Origin: Podarcis vaucheri
Lineage: Eukaryota
NCBI GenBank assembly: GCA_965113315.1
Contig: OZ220368.1
Reading direction: 5' to 3' (one strand)
DNA: 64,000 bases
Below are positions 37,101 to 49,666 of the stretch, one piece after another. The notes below the pieces were generated by a model. That model ran no database searches and was not told the DNA's origin. It saw only the letters and a list, made by a program, of their open reading frames with translations. Numbering within the stretch: position 1 is the first letter of the stretch; every line of letters starts with the position of its first letter. The translations under genes and the position numbers were made by a program.

Positions 37101-40100
37101 TCTTCCAAGGACAGCAGTGCCACATCCTTTGGCCTGGAGGAGCACTGCCCTCACAGGTGTCAGGGAAGAGTTAGAGTTAGAAGATTCCAGTTTCCCAGAG
37201 GGAGAAAGCATTTCCCAAGGGGGGGAGGAGAGCAGTGAATTGAAGAAAAGAGAGCAACAGGGAGGGACCGGCTGTTCCCAGGAAAGGCAAGGGTTAAGTT
37301 CTAGTTCAGATTCGGAGGAGGGGAGATACAAGCCAGCTCTAGCCAGGAGATTAGAAAAAAGAGCGGGAAAGCGAAGGGAAGGGCGCCTTCGCCATTTTGA
37401 GAGTGGCTGGTCATGGAGAAGCAGAGCTCAGAAGGTATCTGAAAGAAGTGACTCTGAGGAGTAATATTTAAGAACCGTTTATAAGATTGTTTTGTTAATA
37501 CGCAATAAAAAGTTATAAAAGAACAAGAAGCGTTTGTGTGGTGATCTGAAGAGGACAACGACCAGTCCTGACAACAGGCTCATCAGATAGAAGTACTTCC
37601 AGGGCTGGTCGTGCATTCCTTTTCCCCTCCTGCTTCAGAGTCCTCAACCTCATCCCCTGAAGAAGGGGAATCTGACTCCAGGATCATGACACCTTAAAGG
37701 GATGTTGGAATTTTAACAGCGTGCCTAAGAACCACCAGAGGTGGTGCTTTTGAGTGACAATGTCCCTGTGTTGCTTCAACTGGTTTATTTTGCAGTTGGT
37801 GTCACAGATGGAAGGACATATGCCCAGGACAGCAGAAGAGCTGCAGAAGCAGTTGCCGGGAGTTGGAAAGTACACTGCAGGAGCTATTGCATCCATAGCG
37901 TTTGGTCAGGTAATGAGGTTGCAGTCTGAGTGGGCAGATTTGCTTTAGGAATCTGCACAAAGGAATATTAGCCAACCTGGCTTTGGAATTCTAAGTACTT
38001 AGTCAATCTAGAGGGCTAGACACTGAGAGCCAGTGTGGTGTAGTGATTAAGAGCGGTAGTCTCGTAATCTGGGGAACCAGGTTCGCGTCTCCGCTCCTCC
38101 ACATGCAGCTGCTGGGTGACCTTGGGCCAGTCACACTTGGGCCAGTGTTTGTTGTTGGGGAGGAAGGGAAAGGAGAATGTTAACTGCTTTGAGACTCCTG
38201 AAGGGGAGTGAAAGGCGGGATATCAAATCCAAACTCCTCTTCTTCTTCTTCTTCTTCTTCTTCTTCTCTCCTTTCCCTTTGCAGCTGATGTTCACTCCTG
38301 TGTTTCCCTTGATGCCCCTAAAAACAGCGAATTGGCTACTAATTCCCTCACTGTTAGTGCTAGAACAAGTAGGAACAAATAGGAAGATCTCAGCCAAGGA
38401 AGTGGTGTGTAATTTAGATTTCTGCTCTGTATGGCATGACTTCATAATCTGTATAAGTGAAAAGAAAGAGTATCAGTACCTTTCTAACCCTGTGACTGGA
38501 AGAAAGACTAAATTGTGGCTAGTCTTGGTCATCAGTCCTAAAGAGTAACTTCCTTTTGTACAATATGAACACAAACCAAACAGAGGTAGTATCTGGCAAG
38601 AGAAACAAATATTAATACAGAATTTAATATGGTCACTAGACATTACTATCTAAGTCACTAAACAATGACTTGTACCTCTGTGCACTCTGCTTCAAACCAA
38701 AGACTTCCTGAACCATACTTGATATCCTAACCACTATGTAATCTCAACTTTCCATGGATTCACAGATTGAATTTGATGCAGGCAGAATGCCCTCTGTGGC
38801 CTAGTTGGGCTCTTCAGTAGCTCTGTCAGCAGCCCTTAATGGAGGCTGGAGCAGAAGTTGTCACAAGTACAGTAACGACTGGGTTGCTGTTTTGTCCAAT
38901 GCATCCAGGTGACCGGTGTGGTGGATGGGAACGTAATTCGGATCTTGTGCCGTACACGAGCCATTGGTGCTGACCCCGCCAATGCATCTGTTGCTGACAG
39001 ACTCTGGTAAGGGAAGGACTGGGGTTGGGATGGTGCAAGCATAGCTTTAGGACCTGAGAGTCAGGAAAGGACAATAGCTTTTGGAAGATAAAAGTATTTT
39101 TTTCCTTCTTCCCCATCAGATATCCAAACTGGAGACAACACATCCTGGCAAAATCTAAACTGTTCACAGCCAGTCCCTAATTGCATGTAGTGGACTTGCA
39201 GTTGGTCTCCCCTTGCTAAGTTTGAACTCTTAAGGTCAAAAATATAGTGAATTAGCAGTTCAATCAGCAAACCAGGAGCTGTACACACACCCAGAGAAGT
39301 TGGGGTGAATAATGCAGTCCTTCACATGTAAGAAAATTCCATTCAAATCAATGGTAGTCCTAACTAAATGTTTGTTGGCTCAAGAGGAAGAGCTAGGTAC
39401 TGTGGAGAGTGACAGAGGGCAGAGAATTTAGAAATGCTGCTCTTCATCTTTGGAAACTCCCCATTACTGATTGCTGAGCTTTTACAGAATGCTGGTTTCT
39501 AAAGCCCACTCTAAAATTAGGGAGTAGGTAGCCACCTCTCTTAAGAAATGCTTCCCTACAGCAGTGTTTCCCAACCGGTGTTCCGCGGCACACTACTGTG
39601 CCGTGAGACGTTGGCTGGTGTGCCGTGGGAGGGAGGCGGGCGAGTCGGGCGGTGAGAGGCGGCGGCGGCGAGGATCCGCGTCGAGCCGGGGGCGGCTCCG
39701 CGGTGGTGGTGCCGAGCGGCGGGGCAGCGTGTGCAAAAGGGAGGAGCGCGAGACAGCGGAGGAGGAGGAGGCCGGCATGTCCGGGCAGCAGCAGCAACAA
39801 CAGCAGCAGCAACTCCCGGCGACGGCTCCTCAAGCCCCGCCGCCGCCCCCTCCTCCGCCCGCTATCGCCGCCACCACCACAACAGCCGCCGCCGCCTCAG
39901 TTGCCGCCGTCCCTCAGTCCCTCGCTCTGCTGCCTCCTCCCACCCCCAAAGCTTGGAGGTTCCCCGGCAAGGGGGAGGGAAAAAACTTTCACTTTCGTGC
40001 GTCCCTCCCAGCGTGACGCTGCGCGCTGACGTCACGGGGCTGTAATGGTGGTGTGCCGCGAGATTTTTTTCATTAAACAGGTGTGCCGTTGCCCAAAAAA

Positions 40101-43100
40101 GGTTGGGAAACACTGCCCTACAGCACAGAGCGACAGCTGGCAGCCCCAGGGAAGTTTTTGTGCAAAACTAGCACCTCTCTCTGTCTCTTTTTTTCACTCT
40201 CAGCTCTCTCCCATCAATGTGGTTGTAGGTCAAGAAAGCTCAGGAGTTGTTTTTTGAGACTGCTGCTTTAGAAAGATTTGTTATGCTTGCTAATGTAGGC
40301 TGCTGTCGTTCTTAGGGCTTTAGCACACACTCTGGTGGACCCATCCTATCCCGGCGACTTTAACCAAGCGATGATGGAATTGGGGGCAACTGTGTGCACT
40401 CCCAAGGGCCCACGGTGCATGGAGTGTCCTGTGAAGCAGCACTGCAGAGCACACCACAAAGTAAGGGAGCTCCTCCTCTATACCCTTTGCTGTTCCGCAT
40501 GCTCTGGTGTTTTGCTGTGGAGTCAGATTATTATTTTCTGTGGGGAAAGAAGAGCCATTTCCTGCAAAGCTCCCTGAACACTCCTTGTACACATACCACA
40601 CAGACATTGTATGGGGGTTCTGCATGTCTACCTGCATGTCTGCTCAGAAGTACTTTGTTCAGTTGTGCTTACTCCTTAGTAAGTGTGTTTAGGAATGCTG
40701 CCATGCACATAAATTCCCTCGGAGTTCGTTCAATTTCATATGGTTGGATTTCCTCCTGAGCAGAAATACAGTCTAACAAAGCCACCTATTGATGCTTCGT
40801 TATAATGTCTTCAGTTAATCATATTCTAAATTGTGGGTCCTTCCTAGTTCCTTTCACATAACCAGGCCCACTTCATCTCTTTTCTTAAAATGTTGCATAT
40901 ACAACACAGATGTGCATCCTATTCTGTCCTTGGGTTTGGTCTTAACTTTGGAATCATGGCTAATGTCAGCATATAGCTTGATGTTAAGACTGAGGAGATG
41001 GGAGTTCTAGAAGAAGCCTCAAGTACTTGCACAGTCCCCCACCTCTCTGTTCGCTGATGGTTGGAACCTTTTCCTGCAGGTGGAAAAAGAGCAGGCAGCC
41101 TCTGCCAAGAAACTGTTTGGAAAACCTGCTTCTAAGTGCCCCTGGGTGCTGGATGTAGAAGAATGTGGTAAGCACATGAGAAGACCTGGCATTACCAGGT
41201 TGGTGGTTTGGAGTTTTTTACAAGTTGAGAAAACTCTCAGATCTCGACCTCCAGCAAATCTCTACCTTCTCTTCCCAATTCCACCAGCAGCCCTTCTTTA
41301 TTCAGGGTAGTAGATGCAAGGAGGGGGAAGAACCACAGCCATCTTCTGTAGCCAGCAAATTAAGCCACCCCCCCCACCAAAAAACAAAACATACTAAATC
41401 CAGATCTGTTTTTAAGGAGCAAACATGGCCTTTTTATTTGAGCAGGCTTTTGTGATGGTTTATGAGAGCATTGCTGTGATGAATGGTTTTTGATGTAAAG
41501 GTAAAGGTAAAGGTACCCCTGCCCGAACGGGCCAGTCTTGCCAGACTCTGGGGTTTGTGCGCCCATCTCACATCTATTGGCCGGGGGCCAGCGCTGTCCG
41601 GAGACACTTCCGGGTCACGTGGCCAGCGTGACAACGCTGCTCTGGCGAGCCAGAGCCGCACACGGAACGCCGTTTACCTTCCCGCTGGTAAGCGGTACCT
41701 ATTTATCTACTTGCCCCCGAGGGTGCTTTCGAACTGCTAGGTTGGCAGGCGCTGGGACCGAGCAGCGGGAGCGCACCCCGCCGCGGGGATTCGAACCGCC
41801 GACCTTTCGATCGGCAAGCCCTAGGCGCTGAGGCTTTAGCCCACAGCGCCACCTGCGTCCCTTGGTTTTTGATGAGGTCTCCATAAAAATAATTATTAAA
41901 ATGCAAACAAACAAACCCACCCTTAATATGTTAATTGCATTTTAATTATCAATCTGGTGTATTTTATGCTTGTATTTGTATGCTGCCTTAAGCTTATGGC
42001 AAATGCATGGCAAAAATTCATTTTTAAACACGTCTGTCCCTAAAAGTTCTCTGGTAGAGAAGCAGAGGAGCACTGGATCCTTCCTCTGAAGTTTCCCCTG
42101 CACTGGAATCTTCCTCTTATTTCCCCTGCAGGTAATTATTGTACCATAGTTGCTCTCTGCTTCTGGTAATCTATTGTTTGAATTGTGTAGGTTTATCTAT
42201 GAGAACCTAGTAAATGACTACACATTGATCTCTTTCACACGTGTGATTACATAGAGTCTATAGATAGATCAGAGATGGGAAACATTTTTTCACCCCAAGT
42301 GCTACATTCTGTAACGAGCAACTAAACGTCTCTATCCTTCAGCCAGGCAAGCAAAATGTATTATCACGGTTCAGGGAACATTCCTGCCAGGCTGAGACAC
42401 TTGAGGAGGCCATGAGAGGCATGGCCTGTGGAGAGGTCCGAGGGTCCAATAGAGAAACCTGGATGACTGGAGGTTTCCCACCCTGGTATAGAGCTATTGA
42501 CTAGACTGGCTCAAATTCAGTTTAGGTGTGCAGTTCATGCTGCATTGAGGAATATATTTATTTATTTGCAGTGAGATTAGAAGTTTCTTGTTTGGTTGTG
42601 AATTGACATTTGTCAGCCTTGCCCCCATGGAATGGGCAGCATTGGTTTAACTCTGGCTTCATTAGCAAGCCAGGCCTTCCTGTCCTAGAACATGCCACCT
42701 CCAGCAAATATGCTTTGCAGACAGTTGCCTGTTGCCAGCAGTTCAGAGCCAGGCATCTCATCTGTTTCATTCTTCCCATTTGTAGCTGCTGCCACCACAG
42801 GAAGCTGCTCCCTCTGCCTGCCTCCTTCAGAGCCATGGGATCCCAGCCTTGGTGTGACCAACTTCCCCAGGAAAACTGCCAAGAAGCAGCCCAGGATCGA
42901 GTGCACAGCCACATGTGTGCTACAGAGAAAGTGCAGTGATGGGAAACCAGAGTACCTTATTGTGCAGAGACCTAGCACAGGTAATGGTCTGAGAAAGGGA
43001 GGCTTACCATGCCTGGAAAATCTGTTGTTACATCTCCAACTCCTGCACCCCACCCACGTCAGTGATCATTCCAATTTTACGTTGAGGCACGTTTATGACT

Positions 43101-46100
43101 TTGAGCTAGTGGTTGCAGAAAACAGATGCCTGCAAGATGAGTCAAGCTTATCTGCCAGTCCATTCCAGGCTGCTATACTAGGTGCCAGGCAAAAACGTTT
43201 CAATATAACCAGGCCTTTGGCTGATTAAGGTTCTATGGTCTTTAAAATGTGATTGTGGGAGGGAGGGTTATTGGTTTGTTTTTGTTTATTATGTATCTTG
43301 TGTTCTCATTTTTTATCTTTATGTTGTGAACCATCCTGTGGTTTTCAGATGAAGGGTGGTATACACATTTAATAAATAGATAGATACTCTGGGCACCCGG
43401 ACCTGTTTCTGTTATTGAACATTTTTTCAGCTGTTAAAAAATTCATGCCACAGTTGAAGTAAAAGAAAACCAGCTGAATTATTTAAGGCATTACTTTCGC
43501 CTGCACTAGTCAAGGGAGAGAGCACTCAGCCCTGACGTAGGCATGTACCTTAGGAGCACTGCTCGTTTACTATGGAAGCAGTGTTTTCTAAATACATGTC
43601 TTGTGTGCCTGATAGAGGGTGGTTATGTTTAAAATATGATATTGACAACACAGTATTTATTTAGAGAATTTCCTAGGTGTTTTGTGTACATTATCCCAGG
43701 AATCTCTGCGACAGCCTTATTAAGTAGATGCATATTATCCCAGGTTTTTAGATATGGCTGAGAATGTGTAACTTTGCCAGAGGATACCAAATTTTTTGTC
43801 CAAGATGATTTTTGGAACCAGGGATTTCTAGCTCATAACTCAGGCTCTTAACTACGATACAATATCAGCTTGTGCTGGTGACGGTACATTTTCTTGCAGG
43901 TCTGTTGGCAGGGCTTTGGGAGTTTCCAAGCCTCCTCCTTGAGTCAGGGCAGGAGAAGCGGCAGAAAGCAGCGCTGGCAGATCATCTCCAGGCCTGGGTT
44001 GGTAGTAATGTGGCAACAAGACGCCTGCAGCATGTTGGAGAGGTACGTTGGACCCCCCTCCCTGCAGAATTGGCCCATTGTTTATACAGTGTCTCTCCAG
44101 CAAGTACCTCCCCTCTCGCCGCCACCTCCCCTTGCATGGGATTTACAACCTACAACCTGGGTGGCATTAGCATCAGAATCTCTGTTGCTATTAACTGCCA
44201 AACAAAACCTTCAGGATGTGTGCCATGCATGAAGCTGGTTTGATGGGGAAGACAGTTGTTCTATTTTGTAACTGACAGATGGAATGTTTTGCAGTTAAAT
44301 AGCTGGCAATGAAATTACTGCCCCCATGAATATCTGGAACAGTATTTGTCAGGATTGAATTAAATTTCACTTCCAGCCATCCAGCCCTCAGATTATTTTT
44401 AGATTATCACTCAGATTATGCCATAGGTGGGAGAGATCATCATGTCTCGCTAGTCAGCTACTGCCCATCTTAAGCTTGGCAGCCCCAAGTGCTGGCCCCC
44501 CACTGTCTGCCTGCTTCAATGGTTGCTTGGAGCTCAGAGTATCACTTGACAAGTGGAGTGAACTACTTGACCCCCAAAGGCGCACTACTCCATTATCTCC
44601 CGAGACAGACGGATGCCAACAGGCTGCATTCCAGCCAAACAAAAGTCAGGTTTTAATATACATACACACACATACTTTCATCCAGGCAGGCCAGGAGCAT
44701 TATTGCACTTCAAGGCCACATTCCAGCCAGGCAAAAACACTTGGAGGAGTATGACTGGGGAGGGGTGTGGAATGGGAAGGAGGCACAACCTAGTGTGAGT
44801 CTCAGCGACTGGGAAGAGAAGTCTGGAGAACTGCAGTCTGCCTCCAGGCCTGCGCCCCTGTCCTAGTCCTAGAGCACAGTCTCTGCTTTCTTCCCTGTCT
44901 TCACTCCCCCAGACAAGTAGGTTATGTACCTACAGCTCCTTGTCCTGAAACAATGAAGGTTGGGAAGGAGAAGCTCCCAGGTCTCCATGCAAAGCCCAGC
45001 CTCCCTCTGTGAGGCTGCAGCTGGGTTTCTTCCTTCCCAAGGAACTTGTCCTTCTTATCTGCCAGAAGGTAGGGAGGGAGGGACATAACGGCATCTCTCA
45101 CCTTCCCTAACCACATCTACATATCGTCACCTCCTTCACCAGGTTCTCCATATCTTCTCCCACATCCGCCAAACATATGTGATCTACTCTTTGAATCTGG
45201 ATAAAGATGAAGGAAACTGGGATGTGGAGTTGGAGCTGCCGGCATCCCGGTGGGTGACCGAAACAGAATTCCACAACTCTGCCATCTCCACAGCCATGAA
45301 GAAGGTACTGAGAATCTAGAGCTTCATTGCTTCAAGTTTCCTAATGGACCCACATGTCAATTTCTCCTGAGAGATGCAGGTGACGCAACAGCGTGGAATG
45401 TTAGCCCCAGCTTCTGGGGAAATGCAAACATTAACTGCAGCTGGAAGTGCGACTGAACATAGCTTTCTAGCAAGGGCCCACTTTTAGCTGCTTCTCTTGT
45501 TACGTGTGCTCTGTCTCCTCTTTCATACTGTCCCTGTGTTTCTGGCTCAAGCAATCAGTGGTTCCAGGAGGCAGCTGATATGTTAAAAACGCCTTTGTAT
45601 GTAAACAGTTGCAACCTGCCCCTTCACATGGAGTCAACACCATGTATTCATTATGGTGCTAGATGTGTTATGTGGACTGTCCTACTTTTCCAGGTCTTGA
45701 AAGCTTATGAAAAGTGGAGCCCTACAGTCAGTACTGCCAAGGTAAGGACATCCATTTGCTAGAGCTGAACAGCTCTTACCTCTCTCTATGCAGCTCCAAT
45801 CATGTTCCTAGAAGTATTATTATTATTAATCCCCGCCCATCTAGCTGGGTTTCCCCAGCCACTCTGGGTGGCTTACAGCGTATCTAAAAACATAATAAAA
45901 ACATCAAGTGTTAGAAACCTCCCAATACAGGGCTGCCTTCAGATGTCTTCTAAAAGTTTTGTACTTCTTTATCTTCTTGACATCTGAAGGGAGGGCGTTC
46001 CACAGGGAACAGCATCTCGCCCCTCTGTCTACTGAGCTCCATCACTGGCCCTGCATGTTGGGAGCCACCAGTTTGAGGCTTGCCAGCTGCACATCCTTCC

Positions 46101-46361
46101 AACCACACTGGGTGGGTCCTGCTGGTTTGTCTCCACCCTTAGAGTGCTTACCAATGTTAGGCCTATAAGCAAGAGGATGGGATTTAGAGGTGGCCACAGT
46201 GCTTTCTCCGTCAAATACATATGCATGTATGTATATACATACAGACTGTCAAGAGGAAACGGGACTTCCTACACACCAGCCAGACCCTGCATGAAGAAGG
46301 TAGTTTTTCCAAGAGGCAACTTTCTCTGGATTCATTTCTTGCAACAAATCCCAGGGACTGA
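34037..46361 (+). CDS. MUTYH: Adenine DNA glycosylase MUTYH; join(34037..34145,35264..35385,35496..35535,35989..36062,36189..36230,36470..36541,37796..37909,38909..39006,40316..40460,41080..41167,42786..42980,43900..44042,45143..45304,45694..45741,46245..46361), 522 aa
   Basis: [29 protein letters not shown], HhH motif [24 protein letters not shown], 4Fe-4S motif [30 protein letters not shown] loop, PIP box QLSLDSFL; all joins in frame. Confidence 0.96.
35264..35385 (+). CDS. MUTYH: MUTYH exon (...[21 protein letters not shown])
   Basis: GT-AG bounded, RDLPWR. Confidence 0.93.
35496..35535 (+). CDS. MUTYH: MUTYH exon ([13 protein letters not shown])
   Basis: tacag / gtgag. Confidence 0.92.
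35989..36062 (+). CDS. MUTYH: MUTYH exon ([25 protein letters not shown])
   Basis: Catalytic Glu motif; ctgcag / gtgatg. Confidence 0.95.
36189..36230 (+). CDS. MUTYH: MUTYH exon ([14 protein letters not shown])
   Basis: tacag / gtaag. Confidence 0.94.
36470..36541 (+). CDS. MUTYH: MUTYH exon ([24 protein letters not shown])
   Basis: aatag / gtact. Confidence 0.94.
37158..37573 (+). mobile_element. Solo LTR (Gypsy-like), 416 bp
   Basis: TG...CA ends with inverted termini tgtcagg/cctgaca; 5-bp TSD acagg; AATAAA at ~37504. Confidence 0.85.
37796..37909 (+). CDS. MUTYH: MUTYH exon (helix-hairpin-helix motif)
   Basis: [19 protein letters not shown]; tgcag / gtaat. Confidence 0.95.
38025..38268 (+). 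mobile_element. Squam3-like tRNA-derived SINE with internal deletion
   Basis: gagagccagtgtggtgtagtg head, ggttcg B box, (CTT)n tail; collinear with 55552..55799. Confidence 0.85.
38909..39006 (+). CDS. MUTYH: MUTYH exon ([15 protein letters not shown]...)
   Basis: Catalytic Asp motif; tccag / gtaag. Confidence 0.95.
39562..40115. mobile_element. hAT non-autonomous element carrying a GC-rich, exon-like core (Pack-TIR-like)
   Basis: 15-bp perfect TIR cagtgtttcccaacc/ggttgggaaacactg; 8-bp TSD ccctacag; gtgtgccg subterminal repeats. Confidence 0.9.
40316..40460 (+). CDS. MUTYH: MUTYH exon ([16 protein letters not shown], Fe-S cluster loop)
   Basis: cttag / gtaag; C-x6-C-x2-C-x5-C. Confidence 0.95.
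41080..41167 (+). CDS. MUTYH: MUTYH exon (VEKEQAAS...DVEEC)
   Basis: ctgcag / gtaag; interdomain connector. Confidence 0.92.
41496..41862 (-). mobile_element. Sauria SINE, young full-length copy
   Basis: gggacgcaggtggcgctgtgg head, ggttcgaatcc B box, (ACCTTT)n tail, 12-bp TSD tggtttttgatg; CpGs intact. Confidence 0.92.
42786..42980 (+). CDS. MUTYH: MUTYH exon ([23 protein letters not shown]...VQRPST)
   Basis: tgtag / gtaat. Confidence 0.93.
43900..44042 (+). CDS. MUTYH: MUTYH exon ([11 protein letters not shown]...HVGE)
   Basis: ttgcag / gtacg. Confidence 0.94.
45143..45304 (+). CDS. MUTYH: MUTYH exon ([12 protein letters not shown]...STAMKK)
   Basis: accag / gtact; FSH loop. Confidence 0.94.
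45694..45741 (+). CDS. MUTYH: MUTYH exon ([16 protein letters not shown])
   Basis: ttttccag / gtaag. Confidence 0.88.
46245..46361 (+). CDS. MUTYH: MUTYH terminal exon (TVKRKR...[15 protein letters not shown])
   Basis: tacag acceptor; basic KRKR and PCNA-binding PIP-like QLSLDSFL; TGA. Confidence 0.85.
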   Translation, partial: TVKRKRDFLHTSQTLHEEGSFSKRQLSLDSFLATNPRD

Positions 46362-47126
46362 TGGCAGTCTCTGTGCTCTACCTGACCTCACGTGAGTACA
46401 CCTTATTCAACTCCCAGCAACCTTGTACAATACTTGGAAGCCCCATTGGTGCCTTCTCAATGAGCGTCACTGAAAGGTCTCAAGATTCTCGGCTGGGATG
46501 ACCACACTACCCAGGCTGTGAGGTGTGCCTGCCTGTTGTAAACAGTGCTAAGCTGCATAATCCTACTAGAGTTCGAGCTGTGGGATGAGTCCAGTTGTCT
46601 CATCTGCATTACCATTCAACTGATGTGCCTTATCTTATAGTTCCGGAGATGAGGGACTGATCTCCAGCAAGGATGTGGTCATACTGGAATGAAACACTGT
46701 GGCTGCAATGAGGGCATCATGGGAATGTTGTGACATTAACATTGCCCCCCTCCACCCCAATACATAACACGGGCGCAATTCAAACAAGTGTGGCTGTAGT
46801 GGTTCCTAGGAGGTCAGAGTTTATTGGTGTGCCACACTGCAGTAAAATGGACTTTTTAAAAAAGTATATGAGGCAGGCTGACTGAAAGACTTATTCTCCA
46901 GTGGATGCTAAGCAAAAAGACTCAATGTCTCTTCTGCATCCTCCTTAAATGTTGCTTTCTTAGAGTTAGTTTATTCTCAAGGACAAGTAACTATGCAATT
47001 GCCATTTGCTCACACCCATAGTCAAGTAAGTGTTTTGCTGCTGTACTAGATGCCACAATTGCTGGAGTTCACAGATGAAACTGTTCTTCAGTACATGCAG
47101 TGTCCTGTTTTAATTGTGGGTTTGCT

Positions 47127-47132
47127 AATAAA
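47127..47132 (+). terminator. Candidate MUTYH polyadenylation signal
   Basis: AATAAA followed by T/GT-rich sequence. Confidence 0.5.
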
Positions 47133-49666
47133 ATTTTAATGAATTTTTACTGTGGCGGTTATTTAGTTATGCTTTCTTCTTCTTAACTGATTGTATTATT
47201 CACACTGTAGCATTGAAAATTGGCGCACACAAAAATATATTGTACTAGCATGTTGATACCTGCACAGCCATGTCACTGGCAAGGAACCAAGAAAGTCCCT
47301 TTAAAAGCAAGCATTCAGAAATCTGTTAATACAAAGGTGGAATATTGTGGAGTTTTCAGTTCTTTTCCCACTATTTCTAGTATTTGCCATTTCACATGTG
47401 AAAAAAGCACAATAAATGACTACTCTATAATCTCCCCATTGCTCCCCTGCGACCAAAAGGGGCACATTGGTAACATTTATCAAAAGGGTAACTACCCCGC
47501 CATAAGCAATTTGGAAAATATGCTATTAGGCATGTCCTTTTTGTAAAGTACAGCTAAGTAGCAGTATCTGTTCCCCAAGATGAAGAAACAGCAAGTTCAT
47601 AAAAGCTCAGCCACACAGTGAGCAAACACATAAATAAGACCTTGTTCGTTGCATAATGTTGATAAGAATCAGATTCTAAATATTCTAAACTCAGAAGGGA
47701 ATTAATACAGAGAAGCATGTAACAATGTGTTCTATTACAGAACTACAAAGAAATATTTAAAGTTAACACAATTGTGTTTTTAATGCAAATATAACAAAAA
47801 ATAGTCTCAACTGATATTAATATTTTTTTAAAAAGATCAACCCTGAGTTAAACACATATATCTTTATTACTATAAGTATTTCACATGCCCAAATAAATAT
47901 CCAAACAAGACTGACAATTGAAAGATGTTTAAAACTTAACACAATTGTAACAAAAAATTAAGCAAGTTTACTAAAGAAATAAGCTGTTCTTCAACTGACT
48001 AGCTGGCCAAATTGAAATAGTAAAACATATTACCAACTAGACTTAAAACAGAAAAAATGTTATTATACCCAACACGTAAAAGAACATTATACTTCAGTGT
48101 TATAATTTAAATAATAAGTTATAAATAAATCTTATAATTTAAATTGTTGTTAATAAACATAATGTTTTGCTGTGATCTCATCACAAATATACTTGAGACA
48201 GAAACCATTCAAGTAACAGTTTTTTAAAAGAGCTTCAGCACATAGTTTTGTACTGAAGAAGATGGATTTCATACTATTGAAGAACACCGTTTCCTGTTCT
48301 GGGACAATGTTGGGCAAGCATCAACCTGATACTACTCCTTTCCATGTTTCTTAGTCTTTGCCTCTGCAGCCCCAGATCTACAAGGAATTAAGAGCCAGAT
48401 TTCTATGCTTTCTGTTTGTCTCGCTTGTTCCAGCAGTGAAGCTTGTTGCTAAAGATGCAGAATAGAGAAGCCCTGTTCTAGGAGTATTGACCACACTTGT
48501 TTGCAGGCAAGATGCAGTATTCCAATGCCCACCTAGCAAAAATGTCTTCTCTGTCAGAGCTCAGGAGACTTTAATGAATTGACTAAATACTTCGCCCTCC
48601 ACATAATTACTTGGAACAGTGGTATCAGTAATTAAGCAGCATAACAAGGTAGCTGCCTTTGGAGATGTAGGCTCACCTGATAATTATTCACCCTTCTAGT
48701 TTTCAATATGGTGCAAGGCAAATTCTATCCCTCTTATAGGAGCCCAAACCTTGACACTGTCTCATCATCCAGTTCTGTGTGCAGCTGTTTTGGATCTACA
48801 GAACCACAAGAGTTCCCAGCTAGTCCTTACTGTGCTGCTAGTCAGGAAGCGGCCAAGTTGCACAGCAGGAATAGTTAGCAAACCATCTTGCATTCATGTG
48901 TCCAATTAACTATTATTCTATAGTGTGTAAATCGGTAGAAACAGCATAGGAATTTACTTTCTTTTTTTGGACACTTAACTGGATTATGGAGATAAACTTA
49001 AGCATAAACACTGGTAGAGGCAGAAACAACTTCCTCTTCTGACCTTAAAATGGGAATCGCAATGAATTAAGTCAGTGGGGCAATTCATTTGTTTCAGAAT
49101 CAGGTCCGAAAATAATGGGCTTTGCTGTGGATAAGTTGCCTGTGCAGTACCAGTGCTTGCCCCTTTTTAGGACAGAAATACATGCCGTATCTTGCCTTAC
49201 GGATGGGAACCTGCAGCCCTGCAGATGTTGCTATACTCCCAACACCCAGCATGGCCAGTGGTCAGGGATGATATGAGTTGCAGCTCAACATCGGGAGGGT
49301 CCTTAAAGCCTTTGCATTTTAGCACTAAGAGAAATAAGCGTGTACACACAGGCCTTGAAGTGCAGCTGCCATCACAATGTTTCTTCGCTATGGTTAGAGC
49401 TCCCAACTCAAAATAGATCAGCAATGTGTAAAAAGTTCTGATTAGGTGGGTCATCCAGATCACATGGATACTTTTTACACCAGTGAAAGCAACTCTGGTG
49501 GAGGTGCAGAGCCAGTTTAGGAAGTATGCACATGATCTAGAACTCCTTATGTCATCGATATAACAGGGAAACCAACCCCTTAGGAGCAGGTTTGCAGAAC
49601 TCGCACCATCAGGTTCACATATACACTGAGCACAAGAATGTGTAACGGGGTGTTGGTGCGCATTCT

